A stretch of 64,000 nucleotides of DNA, taken from positions 27,280,001 to 27,344,000 of the forward strand of contig CM060731.1 of the NCBI GenBank assembly GCA_030704615.1. Direction: 5' to 3'. The translations under genes were made by a program, and so were the position numbers. A model generated the notes under the pieces. That model searched no databases. It saw nothing but the letters and a program-made list of their open reading frames with translations, and was not told the DNA's origin. Shown in pieces: positions 22,813 to 37,300 of this stretch; position 1 is the stretch's first letter; the number at the start of each line of letters is the position of its first letter. This DNA comes from Takakia lepidozioides. Its lineage: Eukaryota; Plantae; Bryophyta.

Positions 22813-23490
22813 GTATAGATTAATACAATACGAAGTACTCAATTTTCATGTTTTGGGAAAAGGAATCGCTTTTCGAAATTTACTTGAGACGCTTGTTTTG
22901 TATAAAATTGGATCACAGGTACATTAACCATGTAATATATATGATTATTTATATTTACGCTAATTCACTTAAATGATGATAGGTGTTGTAATTATATTAA
23001 AACGTATTTGATTGTCTGCTCAATGTGTTTTTTTAAAATCATAAACATATATAATATAATATAATCTTATTATTATGTTCATAATTTTTCATAGTTGAAT
23101 TTAGCCTTGAAATACAAATCAATGCTAACTACTAAATAAAACTATTTATTTTGTATGTTACATTGAATTTATGTTAAAAAACTAGTCCAAAATGTTTTAG
23201 TTTTATGTAAGTTCTAGTCAACTAAGAATCTATATAATTAGATTGGACCAAAATGAAAGAGTCTATTGTTGAACTCCGTTTTATGTTATTTGTTTAACGC
23301 TAGCTTCTCAACAATTAATACTACAAATAGCTCAAAGTGCAATAACATTTGCATTTGTTTCAACTATTTTAGAAATTTGTTTTAGGGACTTGAACTTGCA
23401 CTTCGAATAGCAAGAGAGAAACAACTCAAAGACATATATAGGATTGGTGCTACAATCAAGATCCAAGCTGCCATTCGGCGATATTTGATG
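22813..23490 (+). pseudogene. Two phase-compatible exons encoding an IQ calmodulin-binding motif (probable decayed multi-exon gene)
   Basis: AG/GT-bounded exons 22813-22918 and 23386-23490 splice to YRLIQYEVLNFHVLGKGIAFRNLLETLVLYKIGSQ|GLELALRIAREKQLKDIYRIGATIKIQAAIRRYLM. Upstream candidate exons (~21700-22395) contain stops. Confidence 0.5.
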
Positions 23491-23989
23491 GTAAAAAGAA
23501 ATATATCTTAATTACCACGATCGACGTAAAGTTGCAAGTATCAATTTAGTATGTTAGCAAATCAATAGATACATCAAGTTGTTGTTGGTTTCATTTATGT
23601 CTTGGTAAAACATCTTAAATGCACAATTGTACTGCATCAAATTGCACGCAAGTCCAAGGGCTCTTGAAAAAATAAACAATCTATAGTATTGTACTAGGCT
23701 ATTATATATTGCTGAACTATCACAATACTATAGTAGTCAACAATTTCATATGTAAACCTTATATATTTTTTGTGCAAAATATTTGTGAAAACATTATTGA
23801 AATTATTCTCCATCAAATTATCTTTGATTACTAGAGATCGAAAACATGATAGATTAGTATATTATTAAGCAAATCTTATGTAGATCACATTGCACATTGC
23901 ACCTAATATTCCATGCACAATATTTATTTTTGAGGTTTTATATATATGAAGGAAGCCAGTTTGTTTGTTTTGATCTGTTTTGTTTTGTC

Positions 23990-24620
23990 ATGTTGAGATG
24001 TCCCAAACTGCGAGGCCCCAGCCCTGGTGCTTGATACCATTAAAAGCCCTCAACGAGGAGGGGTGCACGGGCTTGGTTTCATGATTTTTGGACCTACGGT
24101 GTGGGAGATGTGGAATTCCAAGTACTTTTGGTCCCTGGATATTCACGAAAAATAGCAAAGTGGGCATTCCTGGGACAATGGCTGGAGCCTCGACAGGAGA
24201 GATTTCAAGGGAAAGCTCTCCTCTTCAAATCTGATATATCAATAATGATTGGATATATTACTACTCAATAAATTCATGGAAAAAAACTAATCGGCCCTTG
24301 ACATGGGAGACATACTTGGATACATAGGAGATTGCACTTGGGCTTAGATGACACTTGACACTTGGGCCTCTACATGGGAGATGCATTTGATACATAGAAG
24401 ATTGCAGATGGGCCTCGACATAGAAGACGCACTCGGATACATAGGAAATTGCACTGTCTTAGATTTCAATTCTTCACACATGGGCCAATGGCCTAGGCTA
24501 CCCTAGAGGTCGCACTTGGGCCTCCACATAGAAGACGCATTGGGATACATAGGAGATCTTGCACTTGGGCTTAGATGACATTGGACACTTGGGCCAACGG
24601 CACAGGCTACCCTAGTATAT
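23990..24620. repeat. Dispersed repeat with internal tandem units (GGATACATAGGAGATTGCACTTGGGC...)
   Basis: Four to five degenerate copies between ~24295 and 24615; likely a non-autonomous TE. Confidence 0.55.
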
Positions 24621-25959
24621 ATCTAAAGATTGATACAAGATTCATTATTTGGTCACATCCACGATTCATGACCACATTTGAGAGAGGAAAAAAGGACTCC
24701 GGCCATGGCCGACATTATTAAGAGCCACTTCACGTTTTGGTTGTGCCTTTTTCAGTGGTGGGCCTTACAAAGTGAGCTCTTAATGAAGCTTAACCAACTC
24801 TTAACTTATGGTGTCACTTGACCCTAAAGGGCTATTATCTTTTGATGGTAAGGTGGAGACCTTTGTGACATCCAACACACCTATTTGGTTTTGAACCAAG
24901 AACCACCACTATTGAAATGGTATCATACCCTAATAACTAGACTATCTATTGGATGTTTGGCCTTGTAAACTATACATGAGTTTGTATATTGTAGTAAATT
25001 GATTTTTTATAGTTTATGCTCATTGGTTATGATAGAGCTTTGTAATGGATTGGATGGTTGTAAGATGTACCATACTGGCCGAGCTTATTAGGCAATAATT
25101 AATTCAAAACCAAGTGCTTAACTAAATTTAAAACATTTTTGGAAAATGTGCCTAAAACTTGGAAAAAATCCTGAGAAGTGCCTAATTGCTCGAAAATTAT
25201 GAAAAAATAACCAAAATGTCCAAAGATGTGGAAAAATGTATATAAGATATTATCTAAAGCAAAAAAATGGCAAAAATGCCTACAATTTAAAATTTCATGG
25301 ACACACAACTTCCAATGGGCCGTGCATTGATAGTAGTTTTTGAGGGAGGTTAAAAAAAATTGTTGAGGTAATATCTATTTTCAAAACCATTATGTTTCTT
25401 AAAAGAAAATTACCTCAACAATAGTTTTTGAGGGAGGTAAAAAATAATTGTTCATTATGCTATTTTGTTATGGACGTAGTGCCTTTGGATAAGAACCGTA
25501 GATCCTTGATAAGAGTGGATGAATGTTTTCTCAAATTAACTATATTAAGGCTCAACATAAGATCTAACAAACTATGGAGGTGTGCTAACAAAGAGGAGAG
25601 CCATATTTTCATAAAACATATCAAATAACGCTCTAGTCACGCCATTTTCAAGTGGAAATTTTTACATAGCAAGATTTTTATAACATTAAGGGTGACATAA
25701 CAAAAAAGCACGTAACATTTATCCACGGTTGATTGTAATACATGCCTAATGCTTGGAAATTACCATTCCATTTTTATTAATTATTAGGCACGGAAGTACC
25801 TAATAAGCTAGGTCAGTACGGGATGTTTTTAAAATTTGAGGTAATTGTACGGTGAGAGTCACATTCAATTATCAAATAGGCCTCCGTAACAATATGATTA
25901 TTCCCTCAACACAAGATAATCACCGTGACCGCTGCTCATCGCAATCATCATATATAGCT

Positions 25960-27035
25960 AAATAAGCAGCTCTACAAACCCACATACACTTCCTAAAAGT
26001 CCGCTCCTATACAGACATTTCAGATATGAGGTAGCTAACAAGTTTGCATAGGCGGACGTGTCCCTCTTACCTTCAAAACCTCCCCTTGACCCCATCCACA
26101 GTGCTCACACCCACCCATTCTGGCTTTCGGCCACCAATAGTACACCCACAGAAATAGCTCGCCCCATCAAGAATCTAGACAAATTCCTCTACAAAGAAGC
26201 TCAACAATAACCCTCCCAGTCCCTAACACGCACCAAGACTCGCATCCAAAAATGGACACTCTCCAATGTACTAGACCACAAACTCTCCAATCACTTTTGT
26301 AACACCACAGCTCCTATTGACGCTCAAATCATACTTGAACCCTACAAGTTTGATATGTCGAGTCAACGTAAATACACATTTTGGCCCACTCTAATTTTCA
26401 TTCCCCTTTCTGTACCCGATGTCACACCAACTCCCCCCTACATGATACCTAACTACAGGTACTTAGCCAATGCATGCACTCTGTCATCCATGACTTGCGT
26501 ATTACTAGACACAATCAAGCCGTCTATCGCCGTCATAAACTACTCTTATAACATTAGGAAACAAGATGGTTCACCCTCATTAAAGCGGCCGCTCATCCAT
26601 ACAGTCCCACCGTGGCTCCTCCCATGCACATGCCCCTTACATTTCTGTCCTGCCCATCTCTTCACCTCCCCCACTCCTACCCACCCACGACCTTACCATT
26701 CAGTACTTCATATAATTCATTTATCGTTGCCCCATAGCAACCATTCTATCTAAAAGAGAAAAATATGGCCCACTTATCCTCGCATCCGGCTTATCCTTGC
26801 ACTCAGAAACAAGGGGTGGGAGTTGGGCCCGCTGAACATCATCACTGCTAGAGTCCGGGCCCGTGGTGGCATTTGACACACATAAAGCCATAACTCCCTA
26901 AACTGAAACCTCAATGTTTCCCTCAAACATATCACTAAATGTTTTAAGAAAACCCCCCTCATTGCAATCCGCTCTCTCACAACCATAATCATTAACAAAC
27001 AAAAACTTGAGATCAAACAACCAACTAACTTAAAA
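25960..27035 (+). mobile_element. Second degenerate RLE-type LINE 3' fragment
   Basis: REKYGPLI...RGWELGPLNIITARVRARGGI...NLNVSLKHIT...NKQKLE parallels 7700-7935. Confidence 0.5.
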
Positions 27036-28135
27036 TGTATGATCACTCCTCCCCCTTATGGCTTTTTTATAAAAAAACATCCATAACAGGGCCATAAAGT
27101 GAAGTGGCTCTGAGTTACGTTTTGAGGTAAAAATACAGGCCTATTTTCCCACATGGAATACTCCAACTTACTTACCCAATTAGTCACAGTTGCTTGAATA
27201 TAAGATGTGAAGAGTGAAACAGCTGCAGCGGAAGATAAAATCATATCACCCTAAATGTTACAATCTACAACGTTGGGACCAATACACCATAAAAAGTGCT
27301 TAGCGGCATGCCAACTATGTCTGTCCCATACTAGTCAAGACATACCAATACCTATGTCAATGCTACTGTTATGATCACCGGGTTCCTAAATTCATGAATT
27401 GTTGTCTGCTACCATTTACGATTGATTATCCAATGACACTATCACTACCATGGAGTAGAGTGGCCACGTTGTTTTGTGAGTTCTATACTTTATCCCCCGT
27501 CATTTTGATAGTATGAAGCCACTCATGTTGACCCAGTGGTTAGTGTAAATAACTGCAACACACGTAGCATTGGAGATCTATGTGTTTGATATGTCTATCA
27601 TTTGTGCACATAAGCCTTTCTAATCATTATTGCAATGTCCCACCAAAACAAAACAGAGCAGTTCGGCTGAGTATTATTTTTCCTCACTTTGTAGGTCTAT
27701 GGAAGTTGAGCAAGCAGTACCTTGCTTGTCTGCCCCTTGCAATCTAATCCATGTCAGATTGCAAAGAAGGTGAAGAGAGTACTCCTTGATCGTGTATAAA
27801 CAGAGCAAGGGTTCCAGGGTTGTGGCATATTCAAAACCACAACAATAAGGTATACATTGAGGGAGATGGTAATCCAAAATAGGTCAAAGTATATTAGCAA
27901 TGTATCCTTCTTCATCACCTGTGGCGAATAATCGCCAGATTTCGACGGGAAATGAGGCTGAAAAATGCAAACTTTTCACCAAAACCTGATTTGGTGGGCC
28001 CACCAAGAGGGAGGCACATGGCACCATATTGTGAAGGCAATTTACAACAGAGGAGCCAGATCCCACCAACCACCTGCAGGACATCGCCCGTTCCGAGTGG
28101 GCGGGAGGACGTGGAGCCAGCTATGCTTCCCATTT

Positions 28136-28138
<3 letters not shown>

Positions 28139-28167
<29 letters not shown>
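28139..28167. repeat. (TA)n microsatellite
   Basis: Direct observation. Confidence 0.95.
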
Positions 28168-28170
<3 letters not shown>

Positions 28171-31011
28171 TAAGTATAGTTTGTATAGATACACTTTGTA
28201 GTGATAAATTAGCAACATGTATATGGGAAGCTTAGCGGTAGAGAACTCCCTAGGTAGCCATTTGACTTGCTGTTCAATTCCTAACACCTCAGTATTTTTT
28301 CGATAGTAACCTGGTTTGGATGATTAAGTTCCTAAATATGAAAAAGGTGGCCGCGGAGGAGGGCAAAAGGGTGACTGTAGAGGATGAGGATAATCAAAAG
28401 GGTGGCAGAGGTTTACAAAAACAGAATGAGAATGTCACTTATTCATTTTTTTGGTGGTGTTTGCCATAATTTCTGCCTAGTCTCCATGTTGAGAGCCTCC
28501 AATTTGCTATGTCAATTCTGGGTTATTCGCCTCAGCAAGTCTACTAGGTTTTAGGTTCATTCGCCCAACACCCATTCAAAATCTCATATTATCGCCAGCA
28601 ATTTCGACTATGTATTTTGTACCAGCACCATACGTGCTCCTCTAAGGTTCTCATGGATGCCACTTGAGCTACAATGTAAATACCTTAAAAGAAACGCTGG
28701 TGGGGGTATGGAAGAACCATCATCTCTCTCCTTATGTACACGCATATTCTAAATATGTTTGTTTCATAACCCTAGAGACAAATGTCGAAGAGTTTTAGAT
28801 GTCTAAGCTTTTCTAGGGGATACTCTCCTCACTCTCTTCATTCATATCGTGAGGTAAGCTAGGAGCTATTTCAAAAGCAGGGAAGCAATATATTACACGC
28901 ACAGCTTCCTGAGACCTGCAAAAGAATGGCTGCTCCCGCGGCTGGATGCTAGGGCTCTCCATTATATGCGGTAAATCCTTTTCCACGCGTCCATTACCTA
29001 GTTCTTAATAACAAATAAAAAGGTGGGTGCAGATTTTGCAGTCAAGAGTGGTATTTTAGGGGAAAGACATTTGAGTTTGATAGACCAAATTTATGGTCAA
29101 CCTTTGTTGATGGGCATGATATCTACAAAATGAAGTGGTATTTTCCACCAACGTAGTGCATAATTACATATGGCACATATAACAGAGGGTGCTTTAAGAC
29201 CATCTACATACGACACTCTTTCACTTTTCTCTATTGTAAGACTCTGGAGAGTAAAACACACGTAACAACAAAGAGAGACACAACAGGGCTGTGTCGTGGT
29301 GGTAACTTAAGCCACTCGTGCATTGGCCTGTGGGTATGGGGTTTATAGTTTATACCCTTGTGATCTGTCAATGCCTCCATGGCTGAGAAAGGGGGGTTTA
29401 TTTTCCCCCTCAAGGCCCAGTTGCTGGGGCTAGTGTTCCCTTGGAAGCAAGAAAAAGAAAAAGAAAAAGAGACATAACATTAATACAGGGCCCACTAAGT
29501 TCATGTTCTTGGACAAGATTGTCTGAAGTGATTCATTTAGTACCCAGATAAATGACACACGGGCACTGTGAGCTAGAAAGGTTAAAAGTTGAAATAAAAA
29601 AGAATCGGTTGCGTAAATTAGTTTCTTGGCTTAGCACTGCAGAAGAAGAGGTAGGGAGATAAAACGGTATGTCTGAGGCATATGCCCGCGTACAATCATA
29701 CTGGCAAGAGTATCATTCGCTACGTGTCTTTCTTCCCTCACTCTTCTGCTTCGCTTTCAGATTCTCGGTCTTGATACCCGTCAGATTCGTTACTGTGATT
29801 CCCTGGCGCATCGGGAATCCATCTCTTGAATCCTCAGAGGTTCTTCCTGGTTTTCTCGATCCTTGACCTGTTTCCGGTGTTTTGTGAGTTTGTGTTATGG
29901 AGTTTGGGACTTAAGTTCTGCATTTGTTCATTTTGTGTGGCCTGTTTTTCGCTCTGTGGATAAGTTGTTGCAGAGTTTGTTGCGCATCAATCTCATTGTT
30001 CGCATATTGGTTTATTACCGTGTTTCCCTGTTTCCTCACTGTGTTTCCTCCCCCATTTTCGTCTATTTCTTAAATTTCCCTTCTTTTCTCTGTGTTTGTC
30101 TCTCCCTTTCTCTCTTGCTTAGTGGAAATCCGTCTTTTTCATTCTCTCTTTGGTGTCTCACTGGAGCTCCTTACTGCAGATCAAATCGTCTTTCTGTCTG
30201 TCTTCTGTTGTCCTCTATGTTGGGTTGAGTGACCTTGAAATATTTCCTCTTATGATATCTCGTTCCCTTTCTCTGTGATTGTTCCAAGCATAGAGTCCAC
30301 TCATTGCATGTCAACCATTTTATCTCTGTAAGTCTATTATCTATTCCACTGTCTTCAAGGCCATCATCATCCTTTGTCTCTAGTGAAAGCTCACCGTTCT
30401 CAACCTGCCCTGAATTGCTTGTCGCGGCTTGTGGAGACCTTCTGTTAGGTAGCAAGTGAGAAAGTGAGGCAAGAATGGACGGAACCAGGTCCCATAGGAA
30501 CAGCAGGGGTTTCGCACCTGATGTAGGGTGTTGAGGAGGATGGCGGGTTCAACTTCTGCAGACTCGTCCATTATCCTGATCTCGTTACCTGCCCTTTTCT
30601 CCTCAAGACTTTTCTACAGACAGGTTCTGAGCCAACACTCATTCTACCTCCACGGATTTCCGAAGGCCAGCAAACCACATGATAACATGTTTGAGAAAAG
30701 TGCAAGCATATGTCGAAACTCTATCCTCAAATAAGTTAACTGTCCCAAAACATCAATCTCTTGCAACTGCAACCCTCAGAAGGAGTATCTGGTTGGAGTA
30801 CTGGTTGGAGTACTGTTCGTGCTTGCATCATATCTGGGTGTTTTCACCCTCTTTTTTTGCTTGGAATGGTGTTATGTAACCAGATCACGTGCTGCGCGTG
30901 AATACTGAGAAAGCAAAGGGTCCACAATCCTTGCGGAGTAGAAACATCAATTTGTACTCTAACGCTAGGTTTTCACATCGACATTGTGCAATCTGAATAG
31001 AGGGAGAGACA

Positions 31012-34000
31012 ATGTATCAAATGAAGAAGTATACAAGCCCAGGCCTCATCCCGCACCGGACACAAACATCTTCATCACATCAAGACCGGTCATCACTATA
31101 TGGAACCAGTCTTTCTGGAGATACACAGGGAGCGGCGTGTGCTGATCCAAAGCCACGGTTGCGGTGGACCCCAGAACTTCATGAGCGTTTTGTGGATGCA
31201 GTCACACAGCTGGGAGGCGCTGATAGTAAGTTCTTCTGTGCATGTTGCCATTCAGTTCCCCAATTTTTCACTGACACCAGAGCTGGCCAAATTTGTGCCA
31301 TCACGGGTTTTCAACCCTAGTGCTGGCGAAGAGCTCGCAGTACATGACTGTCCGGGTGGTAGGTACACGTATGTAATTGTTGAGTGATCTCAAACTGAAC
31401 GAGTAGGTTTGTCGTGCCCAATTGGTGGCAGAGGTGGACCTGTTAGCTGTTGCCTCAATCTTGCTGCTCAGAGTTGCTACAAGAACTCCGGAGGCTTTCC
31501 TGCATCAAGTCCTGGGTACATGGGATTTGGGTCTATACAGCACATGGCTCATATTTCTGTGTTCATCAAGTTCAGAACGCAAAGCTTGACAGACACATAT
31601 TTTGACTAATCCAACTTTAATAAATTCAGGGAAGAGCTATGAGTGTACAGCTTACACAGAGGCCAATCTTTGTGGTGACCACAGCTTGCTTTATTCACAG
31701 CAATAATGGCCGGAAGTATATCCTGCCAGGGTCAATTCTTGTAGATTAAAGAACAGAAGATGGGAAGGGCTAGCATGCTATGATGTATTTTTAGCTGGCA
31801 TTGTGTTGAGTTAGATCTTTCTCCTTTGGGGTGCTCTGTTGTCTGCTGTTTGTTGTTGCACCTCACCTTACTCCTCTCAAACACCGCTGAAACAACTTAA
31901 TGTCACTTGCCCTCGCCTCCTGCTACTTTACAAGTCTGACCATCGATAGTGTAGTCTTGTACGTGGAGGGACAATCGGTCACTGCTGCTTTTCAATCTTT
32001 TCTTGTATCATGTTCCGTTTTGCATTTGAAGTACAAAAGGCTTTATTGCCATGTATTAGTGCAAGGTCATCAGTCTCTGGATACTCGAGGCAAACAACTA
32101 GTGAAGCCTGGAAATCTGGAACACACCTGTTAGGTTTTCTGCAAGCTCTGTAGAATGGGAGAAGCAGGTGATGGCATGGTGCTGCCTGGAATGGCGCAGC
32201 CAATTCAATCCTGTTCGAGAACTGATAGTGTTGGCATGCTCTCAGGAAAGTGTGTAGCTAAAAGGGTGTGTACAAAGCTGTATGTGCTTCAAGGAACACA
32301 GCTTGGTATTTGGGATTTTTGTACGGAGGGACCCCACCAGTCTGATCCTATGTTACTTAAGTTAATCAGGTAGAGCGCTGTCTTCTGCAGGCCTGTAGGC
32401 ATTCTTAAGTCTTTTGTCATCTGATAAATTTGCAGAGGCCACACCAAAGTCAGTGATGAGAGTTATGGGCGTGAAGGGCCTCACACTGTACCACCTGAAA
32501 AGTCACCTTCAGGTTATTTTCTGGCATTTCTGCAAAATTATTGAAATGTATCATGTTGTAGTGATGGCTTGGATTATGGGAGAGGTGCAAGCAATAGAGA
32601 GATAGGATGTTGGTTGCCGTGGCTGTACATAAAATGGACAGTCTTTGCCAGAAGGGGACTCACAAAAAGCCGTGACAACGGTTCAAGAGTTCTTTTGGTT
32701 GCATCTTATGAGAGTGTATGATTGGATGGAGGTAGATGTCTGTTGCATGCACAAATTGTTTTTTGGTATGTGTGTTCTTTTAATCTGTTTTAGGAATTAG
32801 TCTATGTTTATTAGACATACTCATAAAAGCAGCAAGCAATTTTCGCACTGGGTTTTTGGCTTGCAGAAGTACAGGCTTGGGAAGCAGCTCCACAGAGAAT
32901 CAAGTGTGCATGAAGCCAATAAGGATGGCCCTTTTGGTATGCATACTCTCATGTTGATGTCAATCTCATTGTTTGAGTCAGTTTAATGAGTGCTGTGGGC
33001 TGTCTTACCGGGACTCACAGAACTGCAAGAATTTCTTGCAAGTTAGTGTCTTTGCGTTCAGAAGCTAGCTTGGCTTTTGGCACCTCACTCACCAATGCTC
33101 CTGGTCAACCCTTGCCAAGGGCTGTTGTCAGTCACTGTTAGGAAGGTTTAGCAGCTAATTAAAAGCAATCTCACTGGTTGGGTAGGATTCTGAAGGCATG
33201 GTTGGTGGAATTGGAATTGTGATGGAGTGTTTGACTGCATGTTGGTATTATTGTTGAGATGGAGTGGGTAACCTATCTATGGCCATATATGCAGCAGAAA
33301 TTCAATCATCAGCTGCATACTACTGAAAATTCACCTGTGCCTTACAAGAAAGCTATGAAGATTAATTTCTTCTCATTTGGGCATTTTGAATATGTACTCA
33401 GTTTAGTTCAGGCTCACTCGATTCATGACGGTTTACATGTTGGTGTGGGGGCTCTTCAGACATCCAAGCGACAAGCGGTGCTATCTCTGATAGTGTGGCT
33501 ACAACAAAGACACACAATCCACAAGAGTATGTGACAACATTTTGCCACTTCTGGTGGTGATCTGATTCAGACAAAATTGGACCATCTTGAACACTTAGGC
33601 ATTAAGTTGACTCGTAAATAGTCTCAGCAATGCAAAGATAAAAGTTCACAGTTTTAGGCTTTCCTGCAGCGGTTGGAGGGTTTCCCCTGTTGATCCTGCC
33701 ATTGTGTGGATTGAGTCAGTACTGTTTTGTTCACAACTCAGCTGATAGCAACAGAATTTAGAAGACGAAATTAGTATAAGAAGTGCTGAGGTGTTCCCTG
33801 GACGTGAGTATTGGAGGGACTTGCAGGGTTGTCAGTTGCTGAAATCTGGCCAAGCAAATATGAGCTGGAATATCTATCCTCCTTTGATTCTGCTTAGTGT
33901 CATTACAAGGTCTATAGCCATGGTGCCGGGAAGGGTTGGTTAAAGCTTTTTAGTTCCTGTAAAAGATGCACAACACAGAGTTTGCAAAATGTGAATTGTT

Positions 34001-35108
34001 GACCAAAATTATCAATGTACCACAGCAGAACTGACCAACTAGTGCTCGTAAGTGTGTGCCCCACTAATTCACTGACCACCGAACATCCTTGAATAGATTT
34101 TTACATGCGATCAATCTCAAGATATTCTGCAAGCTGGAATCATGTGTCAGTCCAGGGAGGCAAGGCTCTCAATCGGAGGACTTTGGGTTTTTGTGTTCTG
34201 CTGTGGTTGTCTCCAGGAGCTTGCAAATAGGTGAGGCTCTGCGGTTGCAAATGGAAGTGCAACGTCGGCTACAAGAGCAGCTTGATGTATCCTTCATTTC
34301 ATATCCTGACTCCTGATATGGCTTTTACAATGTTTTCATACAAAAAATCAACGAGTTTTCCAGCAAGCATCTGTGAGGGGAAAGGTTGTAGGTGTTTTAT
34401 GGCTGCTGTTGCTGGGTGGAATGGGAGTAGAATGGTCGATTTCAATTCTAGACAGTTGCAGGCAAATAGAGGATGGGAGGTATCATGCCTGGTTGCACCA
34501 ACCAAAGTGCACAAGATGTCAGTTGTTTTGTCATTATGCAATTTGTTGCGTGCTATGGTGAACGAGTCAATTGATGTGGGTGGCAATGACTGCAGGTTCA
34601 GAGACACTTGCAACTTCGAATTGAGGCCCAGGGGAAGTACTTGCAATCCATTCTGGAGAAGGCAAAGGAGACACTAGCCGGCCATACTGCAGCAGCCCCA
34701 GGGCTGGAAGCTGCTCATGCTGAGATCACTGAGTTGGCCTCCAAAGCTAAGGAGGGACTCAACCCTTCATTCTCCCAGTTATCTCTGCCAGGGTTGACTC
34801 CATTGGAGATGTCTGCACATGGGAGTGATGCTAGGGGGGGCGCGCCACTGCCACGCCAGCAGTCCCGAGTATCAGACTCCTCATCACCAAAGAGCTACCT
34901 TACTGGTGTTGCAGCAACACCTGATGACAGTCTCAGGCCTTCTGGGAGCAGGGAGCAAGTGGCAGCAACCGGTAAGACAAGACTCCCAGACCCTATGTAC
35001 GTTCACAAGATCCCCTTTAGGGAGGACAGGGAGTCGCAGAGCTCCAAGAGATCAGTGCTAACTGCTTTCAATAACAGGAATCAGGTAATACTAGGCTTGG
35101 GGCTATGA
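31012..35108 (+). CDS. MYB-CC (GARP G2-like, PHR1/PHL family) transcription factor. Exons 31012-31225, 32436-32512, 32867-32936, 33460-33526, 34217-34286, 34596-(34971 or 35108); 3' end uncertain
   Basis: [54 protein letters not shown] and coiled coil [41 protein letters not shown]. All GT-AG junctions are phase-consistent. Confidence 0.93.
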
Positions 35109-35559
35109 CCATTCTTGAGGGCAGAACCAAAAGGAAGTTGCCCCTCATGTGGGACACAGCCCAGAAAGGGAGGGCTTCAGTCCGTGGTGGGATGTCATGA
35201 GGGAGGGTGGTGACAAATCTTCCTTTGGGGAATATTGAAGGGGGGAACTGATTTGGGTAATTTGTTTAAACCCCTTTGTGCTGATGTTGGTGGGGCACCC
35301 CGATTTGGAGCGGTGAAGCCTCAACGTGGCTGATTCCATTATTTGCAAATAAGTGTTGTTGCTATGATTGTTAGTAAGGGTGGTGGTGGTGTGTCATCTC
35401 TGCAGGAAAACTACAGAGTTGATGTAGCAGGATTCCATATGTGAGGCCCAGTGCTGGTCAACTTTCGGAATAGGAGTGGATGGCCCTCTTGATTTCAATC
35501 ATGGACATGTTCCAGAAGCAGTGAGGTAGACTGTAATGCACATGGATAGGATAGATGAC

Positions 35560-37300
35560 CTCACTTTCCTACCACTTAGCTGCTCAGGAGTGTCCATGAC
35601 AGAATCTGCTTATACCTTGGAGAGAGCACTCTGATCTTCTTCTGCCACTTGCACCTGATTGTAACCACTAAAGCCATCCATGAATGAATACATTTCATGG
35701 CCTGCTACAGTATCTAAAGCTGCTTCTGTGAATGGCATGGAAAAGGATCTTTCTTGGTGCTGATTCAACTTTTTATAATTGACACAGACTCAGTTTCCCA
35801 TTGTTCTTCAGTACTATCACTGTGGGTGATAGCCATGTAGTATACTCCACTGGGTATATAAATCTGGCCTCAGCCAGCTTCTTGATTTATTCTCCCACCT
35901 TCTGGGTCATTCTGTATCTTGCTTGTGTGATTGGGACAGAATTTGGTTCCAATTCAATCTTATGCTGACAAATCTCAGGAGGTATCCCTTTCAAATCACC
36001 ATAACTGCATGCAAGTACATCTTTGTATTTGATGAAAAGACTCTTTGCTTCTTCAAAGAATTCTGGCTTCAACCCAGCTCCAACTTTAACCATCCAAGAG
36101 ACAACCTGGCGAGGAAGATGCAAAAGCGATTCCCGTAGTAGCGGCGAGCGAAATGGTACCTCCTCATTACCCACATTTACTTATCTTATTCCTTCTGTGA
36201 CAATCCACCCAGCTACATCTTCTCCTTGTAAACTGGCGGTGGTTGGCTCCTCCTCAAGTATTCCACTTCCTCCTCTCTCTCTTCATAGGAGTGAGGTGGG
36301 TAATTACCTTATTCTTCTACTGGAGTAGCAGTTACTGTTCCACAGCATATTCCTTGTAAGTAGCTCAGTCCCTCCAGTTGCATCTTTGCAACCTGTTCCC
36401 ATTCCGGGTGAGCAGCAAACAAGGTGGCTTTTTGTTCTTCATCAAGCCCTCCCGTCCAGTCATACTCTCTGATGCCCCGGGGCCTTCGTGTTGCAGGAAG
36501 TATACCAGACTTTTTGGTTGTGACTTGTATCTTATGTGCCTCTTGGTGCACAGTCAAGAGTTGGGAATTCCAGTCATGGAATACCTTGGCCTGTTTCAGC
36601 CATGGTCGGCCCAGTAGCAAGGAATAGGCTTCCATGACATCATCCATCTTTAACACTGTCACTGTGATTTTAAAAATCAATTTTTGTATTGTTACTCCTC
36701 TTATCAGTCCTAAAGGCTGCACACTCCTTTTGATTTGCCATGGTTACTGTGAATGGAGCTGGTTCCATTTTGCTGGAGCCCAATCTCTTTCTTACTTGGT
36801 TTGTCATGATATTTCACTCCCGATCCACCATCAATTAGCACATCTGTAAAGACTGTACCTCCAATTTTTAATTGGATTACTCGCATGGCATCATCATAAT
36901 CCATGACTCCTTACCCTTTTTTCTCTCCTCTAGATCCTCGGGGAATTGTACAATTTGATAATTGATTGGTACAATTTTTGCCTGCACTGGGGTGCCACTG
37001 CTAGCAGAGGCACCCCGATGGTAGTTTCTGCCTTTGAATGGCATATGATCTCTGCCAACGCTTTCTCTGTCTTAAGCATTGGTAGTGCCCCTTGGATTTC
37101 TAGTTCTTCTTCTTCTTCTTCTTCACCTTCCGAGTCAGATGACGCTACTGCAGTGATTTTAGAAAGATTTTGCCACTTGTGTAATTCTTTCTCTTTCTCC
37201 AAGCTTCCTCATCCTGGGGGGTTTCAATTTCATCTTCATTATCTTCTTTTGAAACTTCTTCTTTAGGCTGCAGCTTAGCCTCAAGAACTCTAGCAGAGCA
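35560..37300 (-). mobile_element. Non-chromovirus (Tat/Athila-like) Gypsy fragment: protease and N-terminal RT
   Basis: DVLIDGGSGV, YSLLLGRPWL, DLKGIPPEICQHKIEL, GHEMYSFMDGFSGYNQV. Confidence 0.85.

Noticed and set aside
24295-24615. CRISPR-like array
   Set aside because: Degenerate tandem units without unique spacers, eukaryotic context and no cas genes.
28742-29685. P1BS (GNATATNC) sites upstream of the PHR-like gene, suggesting autoregulation
   Set aside because: Two matches (28742, 29678) to a motif with 6 fixed bases are close to chance expectation.
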